Positions 38,398 to 46,894 of a stretch of 64,000 nucleotides of DNA are shown here, one piece after another. The translations under genes and the position numbers were made by a program. The notes below the pieces were generated by a model, which did not search any database, was not told the DNA's origin, and worked only from the letters and a program-made list of their open reading frames with translations. The stretch comes from a bacterium. Its GTDB lineage: Bacteria > Hydrothermota > Tepidihabitantia > SM23-42 > JAOAFX01. Numbering within the stretch: position 1 is the first letter of the stretch; each line of letters begins with the position of its first letter. Location: the NCBI GenBank assembly GCA_036382775.1, contig DASVHD010000036.1, forward strand, positions 18,657 through 82,656, given 5' to 3'.

Positions 38398-39108
38398 TTA
38401 TTTCTTTTCCTTTTGTCCTTCATCCTTATCTTTATCCTTACCCTTCAGACCTTTGATCATCCGGTCCAGCCATTGAGACATTTGTTTTTGTGATTCTTTC
38501 TGTTGTTTCAGTATCTTTGGTTCTTTGTCCCGGTCATGGACCGACGGATCATAAAGGCAGTTCAGAAGATCGGTTATCTTCCAGAGAACCGGGATGATCA
38601 GAGTTGGTGCGTAGACATCGACACTGCGCAGGTGAATAGTGTCGTTCCGCAACTGTCTGATGAGCTCGATCTCTTTCTTGCCGATCCGTTCAGGCAATAC
38701 TCCGTTCTTTTTCAGCCACTTGAGGATCGACCATATAGACGAGTTGACCTCTTCAAAACCAACCAAGACCCAGCCTTCCCACAGCCGCTGCATTACGATA
38801 TCGTAATTCCTGTTAACGATCAGCGATTCCTTACCGCGGATCAAGTGGCACTTGTCAGGCAGACCACCGATGAACCGGTCCCTGATCGCCGTTTCGGTCA
38901 GCAGAAAAAGGTATGCGGCGCAAAGCGAATAGAATTCATATTCATAATACCCATATAGGCATATTTGCTTGGCGAAATCGAGCAATTCACGGGTCCGGGC
39001 CGGTACTTTGTTGCTTACTGGCACCTGAGATAAGAGATCTTTCAGCGTATCAAGATCGATCCCGTGTTCTAAGTTCCGTTTATCAGGCTGGCATAATGTC
39101 TTCGCCAT
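38398..39108 (-). CDS. Hypothetical protein with a C-terminal Lys/Asp-rich tail
   Basis: The ORF is 236 aa and lies in an AT-rich segment 3' of tRNA-Gly. No recognisable family was found. Confidence 0.5.
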   Translation of the reverse strand: MAKTLCQPDKRNLEHGIDLDTLKDLLSQVPVSNKVPARTRELLDFAKQICLYGYYEYEFYSLCAAYLFLLTETAIRDRFIGGLPDKCHLIRGKESLIVNRNYDIVMQRLWEGWVLVGFEEVNSSIWSILKWLKKNGVLPERIGKKEIELIRQLRNDTIHLRSVDVYAPTLIIPVLWKITDLLNCLYDPSVHDRDKEPKILKQQKESQKQMSQWLDRMIKGLKGKDKDKDEGQKEKK

Positions 39109-39277
39109 AATATTTATTTGTTTTATTGTATCGATTTTCTTGAAATAATCAAGACGTAGATGGGAGTTAAGCCATAAGGCTTTTATTAAACTCTTACGAG
39201 TTAATTCCTTTCATCCCTTCATCTCCTTATCCCTGCTTCCCTGCTTCTCTTCTTCTCTTCTTCTCTTCATCCCTGCA

Positions 39278-39640
39278 TCACTTCATTATTTCTTCGCACT
39301 CCGGTTCCCAGGCTGGATCAACGATGCATAAAAAATCAAGCGTTCTTTTCCCGATGTTTTCCACCCATTGCACCGTACCCGGCGGAATATAAACCGCATC
39401 GTTCTCCCTGACCACGTTTTCCTCTTTGTCAATATGCATAATGCCGACGCCCCTGAGTACATAATAGATCTCAGAATACTTCAGTTTGTGCGGTTTGGTC
39501 TTTTGCCCGGTTTGAACCTGCGCCTGGGCTAGACTGTAGCGGATGTTCAAATTGTCTTTTTTAGGATTGAAGACTTCCCGCAGGAATGACCCGTCACCGA
39601 CGGTGAATTGTTTACAGTCTTTCAAATTTATTATTTTCAT
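39278..39640 (-). CDS. Cupin-domain protein
   Basis: The cupin barrel motifs 'EIYYVLRGVGIMHID' and 'VYIPPGTVQWVENIG' are present. The likely start is the internal Met 'MKIINLK', because upstream codons overlap the tandem-repeat region. Confidence 0.65.
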   Translation of the reverse strand: MKIINLKDCKQFTVGDGSFLREVFNPKKDNLNIRYSLAQAQVQTGQKTKPHKLKYSEIYYVLRGVGIMHIDKEENVVRENDAVYIPPGTVQWVENIGKRTLDFLCIVDPAWEPECEEIMK

Positions 39641-39682
39641 CTGTAATTCTAACCATATTATATTAAAAATCAAGATAATAAC

Positions 39683-39738
39683 ACCTGGTCTTTCAGGTTT
39701 TTCTGGTCTAGCCAGTCTTTCTGGTCTAGCTGGTTTTT
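39683..39738. repeat. Three tandem 18-bp direct repeats upstream of the cupin gene
   Basis: The three units are CTGGTCTTTCAGGTTTTT, CTGGTCTAGCCAGTCTTT and CTGGTCTAGCTGGTTTTT. Confidence 0.45.
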
Positions 39739-39826
39739 TAATTTTTACCTGATATCCTGATACTCTGATATACTTTTTTATTATTCCCGTCATTGATTTT
39801 TTCTTGTACGCGTATATAATCGCTCT

Positions 39827-41116
39827 ATGTTCGATCTATTCGCATCCGGACTTAAACTGAAAAGCCAAAAGATAACAAGCGGTCAGGCGATCGAAGTCAT
39901 GCCCCCGCCAAAAAAAGTTCATATCCCATTTTCCCAGCACCAGGGCAACCCAGCCCGGCCTGTCGTCAGCATCGGCGATCATGTCAAAGCCGGCACCGTG
40001 ATCGCAGAGGCCGAAGGGTTTGTATCGGTACCAGTGCATGCCAGCATTTCCGGCACGGTCACCGCCGTTCAAAGGCACCCCCATCCGGTCCTGGGACATA
40101 GCCTGGCCTGCACCGTGGAAGCGGATGAAAGCGATGAATGGAAAAATCCTGCGCAGACTCATCAATCCTATGAAAACCTTCCAGTCCCGGAACTGCTCAA
40201 GAAGATAAAAGGAGCCGGTGTGGTCGGCCTGGGCGGCGGTGCCTTCCCGACCCATGTAAAACTTGCGCCCCCCGATGACATCAAGATCGACACGCTGCTT
40301 ATCAACGGCTGTGAATGCGAACCCATGCTTACCGCAGATTACCGCCTTATGCTGGAATACCCGGTGGGCATCGTGGAGGGCGCGAAAATATTCCAGAAAA
40401 TACTGGGGACACCGAAACTTGTCTTTGTGCTCGAAAACAACAAAACCGGCGCTGCCCACGCCCTGGAAAAAGAAGGGGCGGTAGTGCGCATCATAAGAGC
40501 ACGCTACCCGGCTGGTCATGAAAAACAACTCATCAAGAGCGTTCTAAGGCGCACCGTGCCTCTCGAGAAATTACCCTGGCACGCCGGTTGTGTCGTTCAG
40601 AATATCGCGACCTGCCATGCCGCGTTCCAGGCGATCCGTTTCGGCAAACCGCTGATCGAGCGGGTAATAACGGTCTCGGGCGAAGGGGTCAGAGAACCGA
40701 AGAACATCATGGTGCGCATCGGGACACCGCTCGAAGATATCATAAACTTCTGCGGCGGCTATGCGGCGAAACCGCGGAAAATAATTTTCGGCGGACCGAT
40801 GATGGGTATCGCCCAGTTCGCTCCTGACGTGCCGGTCATCAAGTGCACGACCGGCATAATCGTAAAATTACGGGAACGTTCTGAACCGGAAACCTCCTGC
40901 GTCCGGTGCGCGCGGTGCGTCGATGTCTGCCCGATGAAACTCATGCCCTGCGAAATGGTCAAATATGTCAAACACAACGAATTCAACAAGGCCGATGATC
41001 TCGGTACGCGCGCCTGCATTGAATGCGGCTGCTGCGCTTATGTCTGCCCGGCTAAGATACCGCTCGTCCATTACTTCAAATACGGCAAGACCGAGATCCA
41101 GAGAATAAGGTCATGA
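39827..41116 (+). CDS. rnfC: Rnf electron-transport complex subunit C
   Basis: An NADH-binding region 'GAGVVGLGGGAFPTHVKL' is followed by two 4Fe-4S motifs, 'CVRCARCVDVCP' and 'CIECGCCAYVCP'. Confidence 0.9.
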   Translation: MFDLFASGLKLKSQKITSGQAIEVMPPPKKVHIPFSQHQGNPARPVVSIGDHVKAGTVIAEAEGFVSVPVHASISGTVTAVQRHPHPVLGHSLACTVEADESDEWKNPAQTHQSYENLPVPELLKKIKGAGVVGLGGGAFPTHVKLAPPDDIKIDTLLINGCECEPMLTADYRLMLEYPVGIVEGAKIFQKILGTPKLVFVLENNKTGAAHALEKEGAVVRIIRARYPAGHEKQLIKSVLRRTVPLEKLPWHAGCVVQNIATCHAAFQAIRFGKPLIERVITVSGEGVREPKNIMVRIGTPLEDIINFCGGYAAKPRKIIFGGPMMGIAQFAPDVPVIKCTTGIIVKLRERSEPETSCVRCARCVDVCPMKLMPCEMVKYVKHNEFNKADDLGTRACIECGCCAYVCPAKIPLVHYFKYGKTEIQRIRS

Positions 41117-42201
41117 AACAAACTAAGGACCAGGGCCCTGGAACGAGTCGGTCCCGGTCTGGGGACCGGGAAAACGATCTGCTGACTGTATCAGCATCGC
41201 CACACATGCGCGCGCCCTACAGCACGCGCCGGGCAATGCAGCTGGTGATCATTGCGCTGGTTCCCGTCTTTGCGGCCAGTGTGTTTTTCTTCGGTTACAA
41301 AGCCCTGCTGGTCACGCTGGTAAGCGTCGCGTCGTGCATCGGCTGGGAAGTGCTTAGCCAGCGAGTCATGAACCGGCCGGTCACGGTTTCTGATGGCAGC
41401 GCGGTCATCACCGGCATGCTGCTGGCATTTAACCTGCCGCCAGGCGTGCCGTTATGGATACCCGTTGCCGGCTCCTTTTTCGCGATCGTCGTCGTGAAGC
41501 AGCTGTTCGGCGGACTGGGCAGCAATTTTGTGAATCCAGCCTTAGCTGGACGGGTGTTCCTCATGGCATCCTGGCCTGCCCTGATGACAACCGGGTGGCT
41601 GGCGCCGGCTTATGGTACGGTATCGGGCATGGACGCGGTCACCGCCGCGACGCCGCTGTCGCTGATGAAAAATGCCGCGCTGTACGGCGATCCGAGCTAT
41701 ATTATCCAGGGCCTTAATTCATGGTCCACCCTGCGGCACCTTTTCCTTGGTTCGGTGGGCGGTTGCACCGGCGAAACATCGGCGCTTGTGCTCATTATAA
41801 CAGGCTTGTTCCTTGTCATAGTCCGATTGACCGATTTCCGGATTGTCACCGGCTATCTTGCAACTTTTATCGTTCTCGTCCTTGTTCTGCCGGTCCACGG
41901 GAACCTTTGGTTCCAACTTTTTTCCGGAGGACTGCTCCTGGGTGCTTTCTTCATGGCAACCGACTGGGTAACAACGCCCGTGACCAAAACCGGACGCTGG
42001 ATATTCGGGATCGGCTGCGGCATTTTTACGGTCTTGATCCGTTTGTGGGGCAGTTATCCGGAAGGCGTATCCTACGCCATTCTACTCATGAATATCTGCA
42101 CGCCGCTGATTAACCAGCTGACCGGGGAAAGGATCTTCGGCACACCGGCGCGCATACCGTTCTGGACGCGTCATATTAGATCAGTGGAGGTAAAAAAATG
42201 A
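41113..42201 (+). CDS. rnfD: Rnf complex subunit D
   Basis: The protein is a polytopic NqrB/RnfD-family membrane protein with the conserved 'SPHMRAPYSTRR' N-terminus. Confidence 0.9.
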   Translation: MKQTKDQGPGTSRSRSGDRENDLLTVSASPHMRAPYSTRRAMQLVIIALVPVFAASVFFFGYKALLVTLVSVASCIGWEVLSQRVMNRPVTVSDGSAVITGMLLAFNLPPGVPLWIPVAGSFFAIVVVKQLFGGLGSNFVNPALAGRVFLMASWPALMTTGWLAPAYGTVSGMDAVTAATPLSLMKNAALYGDPSYIIQGLNSWSTLRHLFLGSVGGCTGETSALVLIITGLFLVIVRLTDFRIVTGYLATFIVLVLVLPVHGNLWFQLFSGGLLLGAFFMATDWVTTPVTKTGRWIFGIGCGIFTVLIRLWGSYPEGVSYAILLMNICTPLINQLTGERIFGTPARIPFWTRHIRSVEVKK

Positions 42202-43109
42202 AACTAAGTGGAAAAGTGATACCGCTGATCATGCTGGCTGCGGTCATTTGCCTTAGCATTTTTGTACTATCATTCGTCTATGCCTTTACCGAAGCGCCGG
42301 CCGATACAGCAGCCAACAGGATCGCTTTCGCTGACCTTCACCGGGTAATCGACGCTTACGATTTTGTATCGATCAGACCCGATACGGTATGGCAAGCCGT
42401 GGATTCGACAAAAAATCCGGTCGGGATCGTATTTCGCCTTTTTCCCAAGGGCTATGCAGGGAAGATCCCGGTCACGGCCGGCATCGATCTCGCAGGGATC
42501 ATCACCGGGATCACGATCGCCGGTCAGGGAGAGATCCTCAAGGAAACACGCGGTCTGGGCAGCCGCATCCTTGAACCATGGTTCGCAGAGCAGTTCAAGG
42601 GCAAATCCGAATACCAGGTTAAGCTCAAAAAAGACGGCGGGGACATCGACGCGATAACCGGCGCCACTGTTTCCTCGCGGGCGGTCTGCAATGGTATCAA
42701 CAAAGGCACCGCCGCGTTTAAGTGTTTTCTCGCTGACACGACAAAGAAAGGTTTCATCAGCAAGGTGCTCCCGGATGCCGGACAGACGATCGATATTATC
42801 AAGGACACCGCGTGGTACGCCCTGCGGGGCTGCGATACCCTGGGCATCGCGTTTGTCGGGTTCTGCTTCGGATACCTGGACACGATCTCGTTCCTGGTCG
42901 GCGTGGGCAGGGACTCGAATATCACGGGTATCGAGATCCAGCAGTCACAGGAAACCGAGGGAATGGGTGAGCTGATCAGAGAGAGCGAGTTCCTCGATAA
43001 GTTCAAGCAGGGAAAACCCGAAGCCATTACCGGCGCGACGATCTCTTCAAGCGCCGTGATCAAGGCTGTCGATGAAGCGATGAAGCGCTTCATAGTTTAT
43101 ATCAAGTGA
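42198..43109 (+). CDS. rnfG: Rnf complex subunit G with a tandem-duplicated FMN-binding domain
   Basis: There are two FMN_bind units, 'ETRGLG...DAITGATVSSRAV' and 'ETEGMG...EAITGATISSSAV'. The 303 aa length compares with about 200 aa for a typical RnfG. Confidence 0.8.
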   Translation: MKLSGKVIPLIMLAAVICLSIFVLSFVYAFTEAPADTAANRIAFADLHRVIDAYDFVSIRPDTVWQAVDSTKNPVGIVFRLFPKGYAGKIPVTAGIDLAGIITGITIAGQGEILKETRGLGSRILEPWFAEQFKGKSEYQVKLKKDGGDIDAITGATVSSRAVCNGINKGTAAFKCFLADTTKKGFISKVLPDAGQTIDIIKDTAWYALRGCDTLGIAFVGFCFGYLDTISFLVGVGRDSNITGIEIQQSQETEGMGELIRESEFLDKFKQGKPEAITGATISSSAVIKAVDEAMKRFIVYIK

Positions 43110-43720
43110 AACAACCCGCGCTTATCCCGTTTTCAGCCGCTGACACAAAAGAAAATCCCTCAATGTGCTGGCTCCTGGGTCTGTGTCCGGTCCTTGCAGT
43201 CACAACTTCGACCATAAACAGCATCGCGATCAGCGCTGTTTTTTTCATCGTTCTTGTCATGACGAAACTGGCCATGGCGGTGACCAGGAAATGGACTGAT
43301 CCCGGTGCCGGCATCACTGTTTTTCTGCTCCTGATCATAAGTTCAACACTGACCGCGACCGCAGATATGGGCACAAAGACATTTTTCCCCGATTTGCACA
43401 TCTCACTGGGTATATACCTGTCATTGATCGCCGTTAATTGTATGATCATTTCGCGACCGAATAAAAGGACCATTACTGACGCTTTAAAAACCGGCCTGGG
43501 TTATGTAGTGATCATTGTGATCATAGGAATCGCGCGGGAAGTGCTGGGCAAGGGCACCCTGCTCGGTGATACAATACTGGGAAGCGGTTTCCGGGCATCA
43601 CCCGTATCATTCTTTATTCTGCCGTCGGGCGCTTTCCTGGTCATGGCATTTATAATTGCCTTTATCAATTCACACCACGGACAGCGCAAACTACAAGAAC
43701 AAAACCGTGGTAAAACATAA
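43106..43720 (+). CDS. rnfE: Rnf complex subunit E
   Basis: The N-terminus 'CWLLGLCPVLAVTTSTINSIAISAVFF' is of the NqrD/RnfE family. Confidence 0.85.
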   Translation: MKQPALIPFSAADTKENPSMCWLLGLCPVLAVTTSTINSIAISAVFFIVLVMTKLAMAVTRKWTDPGAGITVFLLLIISSTLTATADMGTKTFFPDLHISLGIYLSLIAVNCMIISRPNKRTITDALKTGLGYVVIIVIIGIAREVLGKGTLLGDTILGSGFRASPVSFFILPSGAFLVMAFIIAFINSHHGQRKLQEQNRGKT

Positions 43721-43732
43721 AGAATAGACTGT

Positions 43733-44329
43733 ATGCAGGCGGCCATGAAGTACGCATGGTTCATCATCATAGGGTCGGTCTTTGTCAACAACCTGATCCT
43801 GGTGCGGTTCTTGGGGATATGCACGCTTTTCTGTCCCGGCGCGAAGCTGAAAGAATTCCTCAAGATCAGCATAACGCTCATGGCGGTCATGATCGCCTCA
43901 TCATGGCTCGGCTGGATTGCCTACTACGGGATCCTGAAACCCTTGAACCTGATTTTTCTTAAACTCCCCGTGTTCGTGCTGCTTACCGCCGTTTTGGTGC
44001 AAGCAGCGGTCTTTTTCTTTAGGAAAAAAATGCCGGGTCTGCACGTGTTACTGGGTGGTTATCTGCTTTTATTCACAGCTCATTGCGCGGTACTGGGGAT
44101 AATATTACTGGCTATTGAACAAAACCTGGATTTCCTGCAGACCACAGCATTCACCCTGGGCAGCGGTCTGGGCGGACTCCTGGTCATGCTGGTGTTCTCT
44201 GCGATCAGGGAAAGTGTCAAATTCGCACCGGTTCCGCGCGCGTTCAAGGGCTACGCTATCGACTTTGTTGCCTTAAGCCTTATGTCTCTGGCGTTTTTGG
44301 GGTTTATCGGCTTTCTGGGAATATTTTAA
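43733..44329 (+). CDS. rnfA: Rnf complex subunit A
   Basis: The N-terminus 'IIGSVFVNNLILVRFLGICTLF' is of the NqrE/RnfA family. Confidence 0.85.
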   Translation: MQAAMKYAWFIIIGSVFVNNLILVRFLGICTLFCPGAKLKEFLKISITLMAVMIASSWLGWIAYYGILKPLNLIFLKLPVFVLLTAVLVQAAVFFFRKKMPGLHVLLGGYLLLFTAHCAVLGIILLAIEQNLDFLQTTAFTLGSGLGGLLVMLVFSAIRESVKFAPVPRAFKGYAIDFVALSLMSLAFLGFIGFLGIF

Positions 44330-44583
44330 CAGTTTAAACCAATACAGAATTAATTGAATTTTATTTTAGAATTGATAATATTGTAAAGCTCATCGTGCGA
44401 TGGTTTTTAATCCAATTAGTTGGCTCTGGTCTTTTATCGACTGGCGGATATGTAGTCCGCTGGCCGGCTAGCCTTTCGAATACTTCCGATATTCTATTGA
44501 TTTTGAAGTGCAGAATGCAACAAAAATTTCAGAAAATTACTGATTTATCCAAACAAAACTATATTCGACTGCGCATAATAAAA

Positions 44584-45078
44584 TTATTTACCCGGCCCGT
44601 GCTTTGACGGCGGGACCGTCTTTTTGGGTTCGGCTTTCCGCGTTTTACTGTCCTTGTCCTCGTCTTTGTTATCATCCTTATCATTATCTTTATCTTTATT
44701 ATTATCCCGTCTGAACAGGTCCTTGAACTTTGACTCCAGCTGCTTTATCCTGTCAAAATCCTTTTCCCGCTGGTCATTGACGTTGTTCGAATCGATGTCG
44801 ATGATCTTGTCGCCGTTCTTGTCCGTGATGTTCTTTATCTTGCCCTTGAGGTCGAATTTCACTTCCTTGCCTTTTTCATCTGCATCATTCTTGTTATTGT
44901 CATCCTTACCCTTGCCTTCTTTGATAATATCTCCATCCTTGTTGGCCTCTTCGTTCTTTACCACGGTTTTTGTATTACCGTCGTCTTTAATGTTTCTGGC
45001 CGACTTGGGCACCGGCTGGACCGCAAAGGACAAACTCAGCAAAAGCAGTAATGTCAGGAGTAATATTTTTATCTTCAT
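44584..45078 (-). CDS. Secreted Lys/Asp/Asn-rich low-complexity protein
   Basis: AAGGAG precedes the ATG at 45078. The signal peptide is 'MKIKILLLTLLLLLSLSFA', and the remainder is roughly 40% K/D/N/E. Confidence 0.55.
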   Translation of the reverse strand: MKIKILLLTLLLLLSLSFAVQPVPKSARNIKDDGNTKTVVKNEEANKDGDIIKEGKGKDDNNKNDADEKGKEVKFDLKGKIKNITDKNGDKIIDIDSNNVNDQREKDFDRIKQLESKFKDLFRRDNNKDKDNDKDDNKDEDKDSKTRKAEPKKTVPPSKHGPGK

Positions 45079-45136
45079 GGTCGCTCCTTGAATTATAAGG
45101 AAATTACATGCCTTGTCAACCGTTCGCGCGGACATG

Positions 45137-45826
45137 TCATTCCTCCCAAAGTTTCACGAACACGCGCCGGTGTTCACCCGGCTCAAGATAGATCCTGCGC
45201 GTGAGGGTCCGGTACCATGTCTTCCTGATCCTCACGACGTACTCTCCGGGTTTCAGTTCGATCGTGTACGGCGCCTTGCCGACGTATTCCTCATCACCGG
45301 TCCCGACGTTTTCAATGTAGATGCGGCATTTCTTGGGGTTCGAGACGATCCGCAGCAGGACCGGCTCCGGTTCTCTGATATTCAGTTCCAAAGACCGCCT
45401 GACCACATCGTCTGTAACCGCCTCATCGCTTTCATATTCCGGCACGTCTTTTGTCGACACCAGCAGGACGATCGTCTCAGTGCCTCCTGGACCGTTGACT
45501 TCGTACTCGAAATTGTCGTCCGGCGATGGCAGCTCGTAGACTCGGCCGGCTTTGACCCATCCTTCTTCTTCATCGTCTGCCGACGGGAACAGCCGACTGC
45601 GCTCGCCCGAAACCTCGATGTCGTAGACCGCCACATAGCAGTCGTACGGAACCCTGAAATAGATCTTGAGCTTGTCGCCGGTCTGGTACGTCAGGTCACC
45701 ATTGTTTACCCAGAGCTCGATGCCGTCGCTGCTGGAAAGGGTCGCGGGAGACCCGCCCGCACCGGACGGGTCTCCTGCAGGGTTTAGGGAGGCGATCAAG
45801 CTAAGGACCAGCAATATTGCGTTCAT
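45137..45826 (-). CDS. Secreted protein with a DUF4384-like domain and a C-terminal PEGA-like domain
   Basis: A signal peptide is present. The DUF4384 pattern is 'GDKLKIYFRVPYDCYVAVYDIEVSGERSRLFP'. The PEGA-like region is 'PKKCRIYIENVGTGDEEYVGKAPYTIELKPGEYVVRI'. Confidence 0.55.
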   Translation of the reverse strand: MNAILLVLSLIASLNPAGDPSGAGGSPATLSSSDGIELWVNNGDLTYQTGDKLKIYFRVPYDCYVAVYDIEVSGERSRLFPSADDEEEGWVKAGRVYELPSPDDNFEYEVNGPGGTETIVLLVSTKDVPEYESDEAVTDDVVRRSLELNIREPEPVLLRIVSNPKKCRIYIENVGTGDEEYVGKAPYTIELKPGEYVVRIRKTWYRTLTRRIYLEPGEHRRVFVKLWEE

Positions 45827-45828
45827 TG

Positions 45829-46878
45829 TTATCTCCGCGCTCCCGGGGATGGTCTTGCCGAGCGTTCCCGGGAAGAATTATCCGTATTGCCGCCACCGTT
45901 ACCGCCTTTGTCGGGTATCGAGCTCCTGTTGTTGCGCGCCTTGCTGTTGTCATTCTCTTTTTCTCGATCGCTGTTGTTATTGTCATTCCGTTCGTATGAA
46001 TCATCCCGTTCCGGCTTGCGATTATCAGGCTTGTCATACTCTTCCTGATCCTGGTCGCCCTGGTCGTTCTTGTTCTGGTCCTCGTCTTCGTAATACTCGC
46101 TCCAGTCGCGCTTTTCCACGTTCGGATTCTTCGACTTGTCATTATTACCGTTATCATTGTTATATTTGCGGCCTTCCAGGTTCTTCGTCGTATTGGTCTC
46201 CTTATCAATGACCCGGTCGCTGCGCTCGTCGGCGAAGTTCTTTTCCTCAAGGTTAACCTTGCTCTTGCTGAGCTGGTATTCCTCGTTCTTGACCTCGATC
46301 TCTTTGCGCTGTTTGACTTCGTAATCCTTGCGCATCTTTTCAAGGTTGCCGCTCTTTTCCTCTTTTTGCAGCCGCTTGTACAGATCAGGGTCTTTCTCTT
46401 TTGTCAAACGCATCACTTCCTTCTCGTTGTAGGGTACGTCGATCTGACGCGGCGGCTTGTCCGGCAGGCTAATACCGTACTCGTGCGCCTTGTACTTGAA
46501 GTCGTTGTACGAATAATGCAGCTCGTACCTGACGTATCGGCCGTAACGCGGCCGCCAGTAGCAGTGTCCGCCTTCATACCACACGATGTAGTAGCCGGCA
46601 CCGAAGAAATGCCAGTCCCAATTATGGCACCAATGGCAGCGGTACCAGTACCAGTCCCACCACCACGGGTGATACCACACGTAGTAGACGCAATAGTACC
46701 CGTGCGGGTAATACGCCCAGTAGTGGTCGTAGTGATGGTAGTACGGATCGTCTTGCCAGTACTCGTCGTACCAGTAATCATCACCATATTCATCTCCGTC
46801 ATAATGCGCGTAGGCGAAGTTCAGGCCAAACACACCAAAAGATATGGCTGCTAGGCCCAACAAAATGATGTTCTTCAT
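45829..46878 (-). CDS. Secreted protein with an extreme Trp/Tyr/His/Cys-rich domain and a long Lys/Glu/Asp/Asn-rich tail
   Basis: AAGGAGG lies 7 nt before the ATG. The signal peptide is 'MKNIILLGLAAISFGVFGLNFAYA'. Residues about 25-135 are dominated by W, Y and H with 4 Cys. The remaining roughly 215 aa are charged and disordered. Confidence 0.55.
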   Translation of the reverse strand: MKNIILLGLAAISFGVFGLNFAYAHYDGDEYGDDYWYDEYWQDDPYYHHYDHYWAYYPHGYYCVYYVWYHPWWWDWYWYRCHWCHNWDWHFFGAGYYIVWYEGGHCYWRPRYGRYVRYELHYSYNDFKYKAHEYGISLPDKPPRQIDVPYNEKEVMRLTKEKDPDLYKRLQKEEKSGNLEKMRKDYEVKQRKEIEVKNEEYQLSKSKVNLEEKNFADERSDRVIDKETNTTKNLEGRKYNNDNGNNDKSKNPNVEKRDWSEYYEDEDQNKNDQGDQDQEEYDKPDNRKPERDDSYERNDNNNSDREKENDNSKARNNRSSIPDKGGNGGGNTDNSSRERSARPSPGARR

Positions 46879-46894
46879 GGCATCCTCCTTTATG

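Noticed and set aside
46366-46854. Plus-strand and minus-strand ORFs (162 aa and 129 aa) with Thr/Gly/Val-rich products across the aromatic-domain region
   Set aside because: They are artefacts of the strongly biased TAC/TGG/CAC codon stretch. The minus-strand frame, which has a ribosome-binding site, a signal peptide and a continuous ORF, is the coherent one.
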